Positions 24,240 to 39,094 of a stretch of 64,000 bases of DNA are shown here, piece by piece. Under the pieces are notes generated by a model. That model worked only from the letters and a program-made list of their open reading frames with translations. It did no database searches and was not told the origin of the DNA. Origin of the DNA: Paraspadella gotoi (taxonomy: Eukaryota > Animalia > Chaetognatha). A program made the translations under genes and the position numbers. Numbering within the stretch: the stretch's first letter is position 1; every line of letters starts with the position of its first letter. The stretch is taken from NCBI GenBank assembly GCA_051294375.1, contig CM119264.1, positions 27,037,659-27,101,658 of the forward strand, written 5' to 3'.

Positions 24240-25745
24240 TGCACCGTCGGGCACATCAGGGCACCGAGGCGCACCGTCCGGCACGAGACACGATGGGACT
24301 GTCGTCGAACAACGCGGCATTTCACCTCACGCCACCACTCCGCGACCACTCCGCGTTTCACGCTAGACTCGTCTACACAGCGACACGATTCTCGTCACAC
24401 CAGCGACACCTTTGGTCAACGGCTTGACATCGTCCATCCGCCAGCGGCGACGGAGACTTTGGCGCCGGTCGCGATGCGCGCGCCACCGAAAGAGCGCCGC
24501 CTCCGATGGGTCGTCCTTCGTCTAACGTTCCGTCGTCGGTTACGCAGGTCAGCGCAACGACGCCGCTTCAATCGCATAAAGCGCACATCACTCCATCAAT
24601 CTGGCACCGCCACATGATTATCACGTCAACACGCGACTGGCACAATCCACTCTCCCACCCTCGGAGCCTTCAACGATGGACTTGGTGTCCCTGACTCGAG
24701 GAAGACCCAAAGTGCACCCACCCTTTACTTACCCTCCAGGGGTCCAGTTCATCGAGGGTTCTCTCCCCCTGCGGGCCGTTATTGCCCCAGACGGGTCACT
24801 GCCCCAGGGCCGCTCTCAAGGGAAAGATTCCCACAGCTGGGAATCCCGTCGTCGCTTTTAATTTTCCACAAGCGACAGGAGGGGCGGTGATCACTACCCC
24901 TACCCTGGGCGAAACATCGCCCGAGATCGAGGGCCGATTTCCCTCCCTAGGGTTAGCCAACGTCGCCCTTCCGGGTCGAAATTGCCCGCACCCTTTGCGT
25001 GCCGGATTGACTCTAAGCCAGAGAGTGCCTTACCTCGCCAACCCTCTTCACCACGCCCACAGCCTTACTTCGTTTTGGCCCGACGAGAAGTGAGGTTTCC
25101 CTCCGCATCTCATTGCTCAGTTTACATGAGCGCCGCATCTCGTCGGTGGTCCCCATACGCAACCATGTGCACCTCCGCCACCACACGTGCCTCAAATCCC
25201 AATGCGCTATTTCCCAGCAGGTGTCCACTCTGACCTCGCCTGACCCTTTTCGTCCCTCATCCATCTCCATACATTGAGCGCACAGGCGGCCTCTCTTTCC
25301 TTCTAGCGCCATCTCAGCATCTTCCTCCGCCGGCGTTACCAATTCTCACGCCGCTCCGGACGGCGCTCCCTTAACGTTCCGCTAATCCGAGTCTTTCTTC
25401 CCTTTCCGCCAACGCCTCCTTTTTGCGTTACGCCTCTTCTCTTCTCCGCCGCGCCTTCTCTCGATTCCATCTCGAACATTCCCCGCATCCTCTCCGACGA
25501 CGCGGTCGCCTTCCATGGACTTCGCGCCACCTTCCTCGCCGACTTCCGTTCCCGTCTCCTCGACGACGCCGTCGCTGACATCTTTTCCTCAAACGGCCGC
25601 CGCCATCGGCTCAGCTCTACTTCGGAGGATTTGAAATCGATGAGCGCGGGAAAGGACAAGAAGAAGCGGAAGTCGCACCTCGACGCAGGAAGAGAGACGA
25701 GGACGAGAATGCCAAGTTTCTAGAGTTGAATCGAAATGCGCAGAA
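24240..25745 (+). other. GC-rich putative coding block of the repeat unit, copy 1 (frameshifted)
   Basis: ~1.5-kb GC-rich island with P/S/T-rich translations. The consensus of copies ends QLYFGGFEIDDAGKDKKKRKSPSTRKRDEERMAKFLELKSKCAE. Confidence 0.45.
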
Positions 25746-27953
25746 GTTAAGTTACCTTTTTATTAAAAAAAATGGCCGCTGCGGAAAGTCTGGTAAGGGA
25801 CGGAGGTGATCGAGGCGAGTAGAAAGGCGGTAAGGTTAGGGACGATTCTTTCCTCGGATGTTAATTTCTAATGGAGAAGCTTTTTTAAAAAAAAACCGAA
25901 TGAAAACAATTTAATTGCCTAAAAAGCTTTTATCGAAAAAATCGGGTTTAACGATAACGACGGTAGGCGACGACGGTTGACGGTGCTTCGACGACAGACG
26001 ACGAGACGACGACGACGACGACGACGCGACCGACGAACGAGACGACGACACGACGACGACGACGACGAGATCGACGACGACGACAGCCTCAACGATGCTG
26101 GCTCAGAGACAGCGATCGCATAAGCTGGAATAAAAAAAACGATCGCGTCGGCGGAATTCTTTTTCTTATTTATTATTATTTCGCATTGAATTTCGATCGT
26201 CAAAACGAAAACAAATCTTGTTGCCTTTTTCTTTTTCCGCTTTTCGTCTTCCAATCTTATTAAATTCTGACTTTCCAATCTTTCTGATCGCATCAGCTTC
26301 GGTCTGGACTCTTCGTCTCAAACAAGTTAACAAGCGATTTCAAGTTAATTTTCTCTGAATCGGCCAATTGCTTGGCACAGTCGCGAGATAAGCCGAGGAT
26401 TGGTTACCAAGCCCGTAATTTTTTATTTCTTTTTGACCAATTTACATTGCGTTTTCTGTTTCACCAAGCAACCGGGCTTGAATCATCCGGCACACAGAAT
26501 CTTGAGAAAAGGCCTGGCAGCCGGCCTTCCTGAATGTCGAAAGCTCAAAATACCAAATGTTCACAAAGGAGATTTTTTTTTTTCTTGACGAAGAAAAATT
26601 ACTCATCATTTGTTGCGAAAATGAGAGTAGAAATTGCATGGAGAGAGAGAGAGTAGAGAGAGAGAGAGAAGAGAGAGAGAGCGAGAATGCTAGAGGAAAG
26701 GGAGAGAGAGAGGAGAGCGAGAGGAGAGAGAGAGCGAGTCGGCAAATAGTGGAGGGAAAATGAAAATTTGTCCGAGCAAATAACTCCCGGTTTTTCTTGA
26801 CGAGAGAAAAATCTTAAAAGGAAAACTACAGGGTCAGCACAAGTCTCCGGTTCAATAGATGGATCCTGTTATTTCATTTTGAAACCTCGTCCGCACTTCC
26901 TACATAACGACCTTGTAAGATGTTCCTCAGAAACGGCTCTCTCGCTACAATAGAATCCATTTCAGAAACTTGGGGGGCCGATGCACGAAAAGGCAGGGAC
27001 CGACCGTCGGGGGGCTGGAAACTTAAACGTAAAGAATTTCGGATGTTTTTTTCAAGCGGACGGGTGGCGGTTTTCTGATGGCGAGATGATAAGAACGAGA
27101 ATTGATGTTAAGTATTCTTTCTTTCACCTTAATATTAATAAGGGAAACAGAAAAGTTATTACTTCGTAATATTGCGTTTCATAGTTGCCGAGAAAAAATA
27201 TAATTCCTTCTGACCGAATAGAGGTTTGAAATTTTTTTTCACTATATTTCTTTTACGTTCAATATAATATAATCTAATATAATTTCTTTGCGTTAAATGA
27301 AATGATGTTAGAGTGTTCAAAGAATGTCGTTCAGTTATTCTGATGGACATGATGCAAGGAATTTCGACTTCGGAGTTCTTTCAGTCTAACAAAATTTTAG
27401 CGCGCTGGAGTTTTTTTTTTTGTGTGGAACTGAGATGAATCTTTAAAAAAAATCCAAAGCAAAGAGGGGGAAAAAACTATTTTTGGAAATTAAAAATGGT
27501 CCATCTCTCGAAACCCATCTTAACTGTCGTAGTATGACAAACATCCGGGGTTGCCGGATGCCCATGGATGGATCCGTGAGGCTTGGCGGGATCCGTTACT
27601 GTTGGCTTGGGAGGCTTTGGTTTCCGTAACCTCAGTGACGCCTCCCAGTCACTGGCGCGGTTAACCCTAGGACAGTTTCGCTTTGCGCAACGCAAGAATG
27701 GAAGTCGTTAGGACTGTGGATGGAACACAGCCTGGGATGGTGTGTTCATGTGAAAATGGTAATTGGCTTGAACGATGTGGACGTGAGGCGGAGTTGAATA
27801 TACGCCAAAAAAAAAAAAAAAAAAAACAGTTAGCATTCTTTTCATCCCCTTGAACAGCCACGGAACGGTGTTCGAGGACTGGAACCGGGCTTAAGCAGGA
27901 TGGGTCAGGATTTAACCACTTTATGGTAAAAAAGCAGAGACTTTACTTCATTC

Positions 27954-28229
27954 AATCTTTAACAAGGAGCTAAAAATTGTCTTCATATTTTTTTTTCTAA
28001 ATCAATTTGCATTAAAATATTTCTCGAATTAACGCGAGCCGGAAGCAGGGCCTTATCCCCTCTTGTCCCAGTATCAATTTATAATAATATCAACATCAAT
28101 TTTCATAACAAAAGGAACAAAATACACTCAATCAAATTCAATAAATTCGGATTTAGGCAAAAAAATGAAAAAAAGTTGGTTGAGCGCTCGCGAGCCGAAG
28201 GCGAATTTCGGTTGGTTTCGGTTTTTTTT
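27954..28229 (+). repeat. short displaced duplicate of unit segment ~20537-20808
   Basis: AATCTTTAACAAGGAGC...TTGGTTTCGGTTTTTTTT is identical in order to 20537-20808 and sits at the copy1/copy2 junction. Confidence 0.9.
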
Positions 28230-29322
28230 GAGTGGAACACCTCTAATCCCTGACACAACGAGGCGCGATCGACAGATAGCAAAGTTCGCAGACGAGTTTG
28301 GAAGGAAAAAATTATCATTTTTCGGCGAAAAAGGCGAGAAGCGAGCCCGCCTATCGAGAGAACGAGCACAACAACGACAACGACACAACGACGACGAGAA
28401 TGAGTTAAAGATTATCTGACGCGATTCCCGTGGACGAAAAAAAAGAAAAAAGAACAACTAATCAGGACTGTTGCAAATTCCAGTGTTGGTAGCTGTGTTG
28501 CGAGCGAGCGCGATTATCCGCATTCCTAGGAGAGGCCTTGCAGGCCGAATCGAGAAACTAAAAAAGAAAATAAAAAACAAAAACAAATCGAGATTTTAAA
28601 AAAAAAACAACCAAAAAAATAAAAATAGAAAAAACAGTTGTCACGACTTAAAAAAAAAATAAACTACCCAAATCACCATCAGCGAAGACGACCGTACGTT
28701 TTGTAAGAGACAAAACGTCGTCAAAAAAAACAAAAACAAAAAACAGCCCAATCGCGTCCGATTTTAAGAAAGACGAAAAGCCTATCAAACATTGAAAACC
28801 AAAACACCGCCATGGGAAATCAAAGAGCGGGCGCGGCGTCCCGTAAGTATTTTTTTTAATTTAATGTATGCCCTTGAGACGAAGAGCGTATTTATATATC
28901 AAACTTGTTTAACATATAGATATAAGTATAAGTAAATGATTAAATCAATAGCTATTTCGTAGTAGGCCTCTTCGTCGTAGCGCTTTCTCCTCAATTCTTT
29001 CAAACAGCAAATTAGTAATTAATCGAACATCCCGATCTTTTCGCAAAAACCCCTGATTCCATCGACCACGCCCATTCAAAACTCCCCCTGTCCTATTAAA
29101 TAACCCCCCACCCATTTTCCAAATAAAAAACAAAAGACAATTTTCATCGAAAATTCCTCGATTTTTCTCGAGATTTCGATTCGACAGAAAATCTGTCGCT
29201 CAAATCTGATTCCCTTCGGTCGATGGATCGAGTCTCCCTTTCTTCGATCCCCAGCGGCCCGCCACACCGCGCCCCAGAGAGATGTAGGTTTTCAAGAGTC
29301 ACTTTACAAAAGGGGAGAGAGA

Positions 29323-29360
<38 letters not shown>

Positions 29361-29396
29361 AGAAGAGAAGAGAGAGAGAGAGAAGAGAGAGAGAGT

Positions 29397-29440
<44 letters not shown>

Positions 29441-30590
29441 GTTTGCAACGAGAAGTCGAAGTTAAAATTCTAATTAATTTACTATTTTTGCGATTGGACT
29501 GGTTTTCCTGTTGAACAAATAACCTTCTCTCATTCTCCCAATTTAAAAAACTGATCACAACTCAAGAGAGAACAACCTCGACGCCAGGCAACAGCAACAC
29601 AGACGTGTTCACTCTTCAGTGTTCACATCACTCACTCGAGTTAGTTCACGCTTGTTGTAAACATAATTTCTCATCGACGGGTTGGGGAACGAAATATACA
29701 ACTGAAAATAAAGTGAAGAATATAACGAAAAAATTTTTTTTAAAACTCGCACCAAAATCAGGCGGAACTGGCAGAATTGTCGAGTAAGAAAAAAGTAAAA
29801 GTAGGGTAGAACAAAGGAATAAAAAAGGAAGGAAAGATAACGTTAGATCATTGGAAGTAGAGAAATCATTTATTGGGCCAATGTTGAGGGCCTGGATACG
29901 ATATACCATCCATCACTACGAGAAAAGGAAAAGTGAAGAGACAGAAAGAAAAGTAACGATTTAATTAAATATAAGAACAATAAAAGGAAAAAGACTATTC
30001 GCCGGTTAAAGAAAAAATGCCAAAGAAATTTTAGAGAAAAAAAAAATAAAGGATGAAACCTTTTGACTTTACACCTCCCTGGAGCTCTCGAACAAAAAAG
30101 AGAAGAGAAAAGAAAAAAAAAAAAAAAGAAAGAAAGAAAAAAAAGAAAAGAAAAGAAATAGAGAGGTTTGACTTTGATGGATGAAGCGGAAAAAGAAATC
30201 AGAGTCAAACAGACGATAGGAAGGTTTGCTCGGAAAGACAATTTGAAATCATCTTGTCATTATTTTTGAGAAATTTATCTACAATTAAGTCAGTATCTTT
30301 ATTAAAGTCGTCATTAGAATGTCATAATCTCTATTGATTCTTAACGTCAATTGCCAGTTGAGATAATATTCAAATTATTTTTTTTAATGAAATAATTTCC
30401 TTCTTTGAATTCTGGTTATTATTTTCCTACGCTTATTTTATTTATTTTTTTTTTTTTTTTGCGTTTGAACTCAAATGGTAATTTTTGGAATTCGAAAAAA
30501 GAATCTTTCAAAAATCCCAAATTTTAATATTTTTAACAATGACAATATAGTTTATTAGAGGGGAAACATTAAATCTCTCTCTCTCTCCTT

Positions 30591-30646
<56 letters not shown>

Positions 30647-32227
30647 CATCTCCCACTTGTAAAGCCTTGACCGCAACGTTACGATTCAAATCTTGAGTGA
30701 CTGATAGATACAGAGTCAGATATTGTTTAAAATCTGAAAGTAAAATTTACGGTAGAATCACGAGTGAGAAAGTCGATGCAATTCTCTTCACAGATTGTAA
30801 TCCCAAAAATTCTTCTTAACTTCGTAGCAATCGAAATTAGATCTCGGTTAGATTTGAGGGTCGCATTAAGATTAGCATGTTTGTAAAAAACGAGAGTGGA
30901 ACACGCTGAACACAATAAACATGAATTCAAACTCGTAATGATAAGTCATGAATCGAGATGTTTTAAACGGAATCCTTAACAAAACATAATATTTATAAAC
31001 TTAAAATTATCAATCGTAAGCGCCATTTAACTCGAAGAGTCTCATCTCTCATAGTCATAATCGTTCCATGACGACGCGGCATTTTGTGTTTTTTTTTTAT
31101 GTTTTTTTGTTTGATCTCGTTAGAGGGACGACAAAAAAAAAAAATAAAAGACGAACGCGCGGAGGCACAAACGCGATTATGAATACGAATGACGGCTGAG
31201 TTCAGTCACGTGACCATAGAAGAGAATCGAAATGATTCACCGACAGTTTTTTTTTTCTTTCACTTTCACCGTTTCACCAATTTGTGATAGTGCTTCCACT
31301 CGAGCTTCATCCACCACGGGAAAGTTCTCCTTGACCCTTCCACACCCCCACCCTCCCTCCACAGTCGTTACGAGCCCCACAGGGTCTTTTTCCCTCTCAC
31401 ATCGTGGTTTTCACGTCGCGTACTCAATTAGGCGCCAAATTTATTACCACAAACCACCGCTTTTTTTTTTTTTTTTTTTTTTCTTTCGCAGCAAAAATTT
31501 TTTTTGGTTTTCCCATTGTGCAAGATTTCAAGCTGAAGGAAAGACGCGTGCGACATATGTGCGTTGCGTCTTGTTCGGACAGAGGAAAGAGAACAGATTT
31601 TATGTACGAGGAAAGAGAAGGAGGACAAACTCTTGGAGGACATAGGATTCTCGAGTGATCGTTACGAATTGTAATGAAAATATATGATGTCTTAAATTAT
31701 TTTTAACTTTTAAAAAAAGAGAAAATTTAATCTTCGACGCGAGCGATTAACCTCGACGCAAAGAAAAAGTCGGTAAATATTTTCGCTGTCGTAGAAATTA
31801 ATCAGGAAAATAATTTAAAATTTAAATTTGCCATTTTTTTTAAAGAAAAAAAAACATTCCTTCACGCTTCTTGCATAAAAAAGAAAGCGAGAGCTAATTT
31901 TTTTTTTTTATAAACATTAAAAGATACAATTTTTAAAAAGGGATAATTGAGATTTATGGTAGTCCGTGGGGTGTACAAAGTGGGTTTGGTGGTTTAGGGA
32001 GCTCGAACCACCGCGGGGGCGTTCGAGGGGGACTTCTGAGTGGTGAGACCAGATATAAAGGTTAAATACTCGTGTTTAGCTTCGATGATGTGTTCTCGAA
32101 AAATAAAAGGACGGCGGTCTGACAAACCCATTCAACCAAAACATTCGTTATCAAAAAGAAAAAAAAAAGAAATAAAGTCTGGAACTCATTTTCTTTCTTT
32201 CTTTCTTCTTTCTTTCTTTTTCTTTCT

Positions 32228-32259
<32 letters not shown>

Positions 32260-33439
32260 TTTCTTTCTTTCTTTTACTATTTATCTTTTAAAACGATTAC
32301 GTTTCCGGGTTTTTTTTTCTTGTACTAAAATCGGTAACGAATTTTAAAAGGCGGAGAGTTTTGAGGAAAAGTTTATTTCTGTTTTTTTTTTTTTTTTTTT
32401 AAATTTACTACAGGTTAAAGAGTAAAAAAGTTGTTTATTTACGATTGCTGCCATTTTCCCGCCAAGAAAATTGGCGACGGGATGGCGCCGAATTTCGCCG
32501 GTCGTAAGTCTGTCGACAACAACCATTAAAAGTCGTTAACAAGTGACAACTTGTTTTATGTTCAACATTGCTTTCATTTTTTGTTTTTTAGAAACTGTAT
32601 CAAACGCCCTTTAGTTTGGAATATATATAAACGGTTGAAACGTAACAAATTCTACTAACTTAGAGTATTTTTTTTGAAAAACTTTAAAATCGGCTTTATT
32701 TTTTAAATTTCAAAATATTTTAAAGTTATTTATAAATATTGGTTCTGAAATAATCCAGTATTAGAATTACTAACGACAAAAGCGAAAAATATTGTAACAA
32801 GTTTTTTTATTTCTTCAGCTACTTTTCATTTCCTTAACCACCCCTTATTTCTTCTCCCCTCTCCTTACCTCAGCCCCCCCCTCAAGAGATTCATAAATCA
32901 GCTGCTCGCGAAGTAAATCTTTCAAAAATGTTCAAAAATCGGGCTTCGCTGATTTAAGACGAGATTTAGATTTGGGCTTTTAACTCGTGATAATTCTTCC
33001 CCACTTATCAAGGCGGGCCCGATGCCGGAGTGGCGGTGTGGGGTGCTGAGGAGGCCGCGGGGGGTGGAGGGGGTGTGAGCATTGGGGAAAGGGGGTTAAC
33101 TAGAGGCTTCCCCGCCGGAACCGAGAAATTTGACGATGAAAAATCGAAACTGGAAAATTGCCAAATCTGGTTATTTCATTTTCGGATGGAATCATGAGCC
33201 CAAAATAGGATCCCCTCCATTTATTTCGAGGGAGTGAAGAAAGACGGGGGGCTTCAAAAGGCTATAGGGTTATTTCGCTCTCAGTTTAAAAAAAGGAGCG
33301 TAAATTTTGACAGAAACAAATGAAATTTGAAGTTTTTTGACGAAAAGTGACTCGTTAAGGAAAAAAGTCCATCGTCGTATTTCCATCGGAGAAAAACAAA
33401 TGAGAAAGAGAGAGAGAGAGAGAGAGAGATGATGAGAAG

Positions 33440-33478
<39 letters not shown>

Positions 33479-33676
33479 TGTGTGTCGATCGGGTTTAACG
33501 AAATCCCAGATGAGCGAAAGTCTAGAAAATCAGTCTCCAAACGAAAATCCCTCCTCGCAAAAATATTTACTCGACGATCCTTTCTAGGTTTTTTTTTTAG
33601 AAAGAGAGAGAGAGAGAGAGAGAGAAGAGAGAGAGAGGAGAGAGAAGAGAAGAGAGAAGGAGAGAGAGAGAGAATG

Positions 33677-33709
<33 letters not shown>

Positions 33710-35122
33710 AGAGAAAGAGAGAAATAGATAGAGACAGATATAAGGTAAGAGAGAAAGACAAGAAACGGAATCTTTTAACAAGGAGCTAAAAATTGTCTTC
33801 ATAATTTTTTTTTCTAAATCAATTTGCATTAAATATTTCTCGAATTAACGCGAGCCGAAGCAGGGCCTTATCCCCTCTTGTCCCAGTATCAATTTATAAT
33901 AATATCAACATCAATTTTCATAACAAAAGGAACAAAATACACTCAATCAAATTCAATAAATTCGGATTTAGGAAAAAAATGAAAAAAAGTTGGTTGAGCG
34001 CTCGCGAGCGAAAGGCGAATTTCGGTTGGTTTCGGTTTTTTTTTTTGTTTTTTTTTTTGTTTACAAAAAAATCAGCTTTCTCAAATTTGATAAGATCTAA
34101 TTTTTTTTTTTTTGGGGGGGGGGGTCGGGGAGACGCAAACTGGGTTNNNNNNNNNNNNNNNNNNNNNNNNNTTTTTTTCTTTTTCTTTTTTTTTTTCAAT
34201 CACCCTAAGGCCTATATCTTCTTGTTCAAATATTTGTTATGTTTTTATCGTTTCATTACTCTTCTAAATTTTGAATATGCTTATAACTCGATCAAATAGA
34301 AGGAATAAATGGAAGTAAATAGGAATTTTAAGGTGGATTATTTATACTTTTGCAAGTTTTTTTTCGGTACTTTTTTTAATGTTAAAAATTTCATGTCACA
34401 GTTCCTTTCCGTTAACTGTCTGAAAAAAAAAATTGGGTGCAAAGAATAACAAAATTTTAAACTTCAAAAAATACTAATTTTAATCTTGTTTTTTTGAATT
34501 TGAAAGAAAAAAAAAGGTTTTGTGTCATTACAACTGTATGAACTATGAACTGTGAGGGAGTGAGGCTCCAAAGCGAAAGAGTATTTAAAATTTGTTTCCT
34601 AAATTCCTGATAATTTTGGGCTTTGAGACCTTGCACCTTCCCCCTGCAATTAGCTCCACCCATCACTTTTTGGATTTCTTACCGTCTCGTTGATAAGCTT
34701 TTTATTTTATAATTATAATAACGTGAGCTCCTCTCTCGACCTTCTCAATCCGCCAAAGATCTTTATATGTTTTCTCTCCTTTCTCTTTCTCTTTCTATTT
34801 CTATTTCTCTTTCTCTCCTTCTATTTCTTTTTTTATTCCTCTTTCTGCCAAAATCATCTCACTTCAGATATGTATATTCTTCTCTCCCTACCACCTTGAT
34901 CTCCACCCCATCTACACTCCGTCTACACCCCAATCTCCAACCCCCTTCTACACCCCACCATCTCCAACCACCATCTACACCCCCCAGGTCGAAAGGCTCC
35001 ACCTTTTATCTCCTCCTTTTCACTTCGTTTTCCTTCTCCTATTTATTTTTTTTCTTTCACCCTTTTTGCTTCTTTTTTTTTCTCAAGATCGTAACTTCTT
35101 ACAACTTACTCGTTGGAAGCTT

Positions 35123-35178
<56 letters not shown>

Positions 35179-35403
35179 TTTAAATTTAAGGACGGCAAAT
35201 AGGGCCTCCGTTTATTTTAGACTCGTTTCCATTTTGCTGGTTAAGTTCCGTCTTTGTGTCGGCAGATTTTTTCTCAGTTTTGATTTTTTTTTCTTTTATC
35301 AACCGACTTAATATAATTTCCTTATGTGTAAAATAAAAATACTATAGCCGCANNNNNNNNNNNNNNNNNNNNNNNNNGCCGCATAGCGGCCTAGCCGACC
35401 TCT

Positions 35404-35460
<57 letters not shown>

Positions 35461-37253
35461 TTCATTCGACTCGTCCCAAGAATATAAAACCTTTTTCTTC
35501 TTCACTGAAAAATCAATCAGTTTTTTTTTCTTTCGATTCACAGTCTGGTTTTCACCGTCTCGCTTTTTTGATTCACGGATTCAAAGCAAAATATATTTTT
35601 TTTTTATTTATTTTATTTATTTATTTTTATAAATTTATTAAATTTACTAAATATATGAAATCTTTTTAACAGTATAAATTAAATAGTAATAATAAAACTT
35701 CTTTCTTCAGTTTCTTGAATAAACAAGGCGTCTTGGATGCGTTACAAAATAAATGATTACACGGACCTCCGACGGGCGAGAGAGAACTTCTCACCATATG
35801 GTTTCGCGGTTTATATGTGTATGAATTATTTCTTTTCTTCTTTCTTTCTTTTCTTTCTTTCTTTCCTTTCTTTCTTTCTCTCTCTCTATCTTCCAAATCG
35901 AAAATGAGATTATTTCAATTTCTTCTTCTTTTTTTCTCCTCTCGTCGAGAGAGAACGATTGACGGACAAATTTCTTTTTTTATTTTTTTCTTTTTATTTT
36001 CATATCACATTTTTTCCCCCTTTTTTTCTTTTTTTTAACTTTTCAACTTCCCCCCCCCGTTCCCATTTTTTTTAGTCTCTCCAATTCTCTTATCCACGAA
36101 AAAAAAGCTTTTTTCATTTCTCGAATTTTTGACATCGTCCTTAAAAATCGATTTTGATTTCGAAGAACTCCGCTACGGTTTCTGTTTTTTCTCTCATTTA
36201 TTTTTCTTTTTCTTTTTACTTTTTTTTTCTTTTAATTTTTCGCTCCGTTTTTCACTTTTCTTCTCGCGTCTTAACGGATTTTTATTGTTTCTTGGCCCAT
36301 CTCCGGGTTAACTGGTCCCACCCGTCCCGATCACCTGATCCCCTGTCCTCTAGTCCCCGGTCCTCCTGGTCCCCTGTCCCGAAACGCGGCGTCGTTGATG
36401 ATGGATATCTTTTTTTCGCACGACCCAATTCTGAATCCGGAGGCGAGGTTCGGCTGGGGGAAGAACTCGAAAAAAAAATGTTGGTTGGTTGTAACGTAAA
36501 TTTCTTCAATTTTAATTTTATTTTTTATTTTTTATTTTTTTGCCTTTTTTAATTTCTTTTCTTTTCTTTTCTTTTCTTTCTTTTCTTTTCTTTTTTTTTT
36601 CTTTTTTCTTTTCTTTTTTTTCTTTTACACGTGTCCCTGTCTATTATATAACCTTTCCTTTATTAAATTCAAACTCCTTTCTCTCACCTAATTGAATTTT
36701 ACATATTCTTTTTTTTTCAATTTTTTGTCCAAACCTTTTGTCTCGGTTTTAAACATTAAAAAAAAAAAACTAAAATAAGTCGATTATAAGTCGTGTTAAA
36801 TTTTTTCAAAATTTTTCTTCGTTTGCTCGCCGCTCTATAATATATATATACTAAAAATTATAAGTTTTATAGAAAAGTTTTAAATGAATTCAACAACGAT
36901 TCATTTGAAAATCTCAACCACAACGAAACGAAAGGATTATAATATCAAATTATAAGTTATAATTTTTATTAACCAGATTTTTTTCCCAAATCTCATTTGC
37001 ATATTACAGTTCCGTCGTGAATCACGCATAATTAAAGTAGAAGGTATCGATTGGAATCGAATAAAAACGAAATACATGTAAGGGAAGAAAAAAATACTGT
37101 GTTTCAAGTATTCATGTGTTTTAGCTTCTTTTTTTTTATTTCTTTTTTTTTTTTTTTTTTTGGCTTTGTGCACGATATACATCGATACGGCAAAAATTGG
37201 AGCAACCTTCGCGTGACGCTTACATTGTTACGTTTTTCGCAATTGTTTTTACA

Positions 37254-37305
<52 letters not shown>

Positions 37306-37591
37306 ACGACGATCTAAACCCAGCCACTCGTAACCGCCGGTCGAGCGGCAATTCCCGACATTTCGGCCTCTCGTTAGTCTAGTGACGTTTGCTTTCTTTT
37401 TTCGTTTTTCGTTTCGCTTTCAATTTTTTTGTTTCGTTTTTTTTTTCACTCTCACGATTTTTTTATCTTAATTTTTGGCGCTCAAAACTCAACACTCGAT
37501 CACCAGCGACCATCTCTGGTTTTGGATGAGTATAAATCGAACACGAAAAAAAACAAAAAGACGCGAATTTTTTATAAATAAATCGATGTAA

Positions 37592-39094
37592 TTGCACCGT
37601 CGGGCACATCAGGGCACCGAGGCGCACCGTCGGCACGAGACACGATCGGACTGTCGTCGAACAACGCGGCATTTCACCTCACGCACCACTCCGCGACCAC
37701 TCCGCGTTTCACGCTAGACTCGTCTAACACAGCGACACGATCTTCGTCACACCAGCGACACCTTTGGTCACGGCTTGACATCGTCATCCGCCAGCGGCGA
37801 CGGAGACTTTGGCGCCGGTCGCGATGCGGCGCCACCGAAAGAGCGCCGCCTTCCGATGGTCGTCCTTCGTCTAACGCGTCGTCGGTTACGCAGCAGCGCA
37901 ACGACGCCGCTTCCATCGCATAAAAGGCAGCAATCACGCCATCATCTGGCCACCGCCACATATTTATCACGTCAACACGCGACTGGGCACAATCCACTCC
38001 CAACCCTCGAGCCTTCAACGATGGACATGGTGTCCCTGACTCGAGGAAGACCCAAAGTGGCACCCACCCTTTAACTTACCCTCCAGGGGTCCAGTTCATC
38101 GAGGTTCTCTCCCCCTCGGGGCCGTTATTGCCCAGACGGGTCCACTGCCCCAGGCCGCTCTCAAGGCGAACAGATTCCCACAGCTGGGAATCCCCGTCGT
38201 CGCTTTTAATTCCTACAATGCGACAGAGGGGCGTGATCACTACCCCTACCCTGGGCGAAACATCGCCCGAGATCGAGGGCCGATTTCCCCTCCCTAGGGT
38301 TAGCCACGTCGCCCTTCCGGGTCGAAATTGCCCGCACCCTTTGCGGGCCGGATTGACTCTAAGCCCAGAGAGTGCCTTACCCGGCCAACCCTCTTCAACC
38401 ACGCCCACAGCCTTACCCTCGTTTTGGGCCCCGACGAGAAGTGAGGTTTCCCTCCGCATCTCATTGCTCAGTTTACATGAGCGCCGCCATCTCGTCGGTG
38501 GTCCCCAACGCAACCATGTGCACCTCCGCCACCCACGTGCCTCAATATCCATATGCGCATTTCCCAGCAGGTGTCCACCTGACCTCGCCTGACCCTTTCG
38601 TTCCTCATCCATCTCCATACATGACAGCGACAGGGGCCATCTCTTTCCTCTAGCGCCATCTCAGCATCTTCCTCCGCCGGCGTTTACCAATTCTCACGCC
38701 GCTCCGACGGCGCTCCCTTTTACGTTCCGCTAATCCGAGTCTTTCTTCCCTTTCCGCCACGCCTCCTTTTTGCGTTACGCCCTCTTCTCTCTCCGCCGCG
38801 CCTTCTCTCGATTCCATCCTCGAACATTCCCCGACGATCCTCTCCGACGACGGGTCGCCTTCCATGGACTTCGCGCCACTTCCCTCGCGACTTCCGGTTC
38901 CCTCGTCTCCTCGACGACGCCGTCGCTGACATCTTTTCCTCAAACGGCGCCGCCATCGGCTCAGCTCTACTTCGGAGGATTTGAAATCGATGACGCCGGG
39001 AAAGGACAAGAAGAAGCGGAAGTCGCCCTCGACGCGGAAGAGAGACGAGGAGAGAATGGCCAAGTTTCTAGAGTTGAAATCGAAATGCGCAGAA
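37592..39094 (+). other. GC-rich putative coding block, copy 2
   Basis: Homologous to 24240-25745. It reads GKDKKKRKSPSTRKRDEERMAKFLELKSKCAE in one frame, then a consensus GTAAGT donor-like site at 39095. Confidence 0.45.

Noticed and set aside
24240-25745. Autonomous retrotransposon or transposase ORF
   Set aside because: No RT (YxDD), integrase/DDE, tyrosine recombinase, helicase or CCHC motifs are visible, and no LTRs or TIRs were identified at the unit ends.
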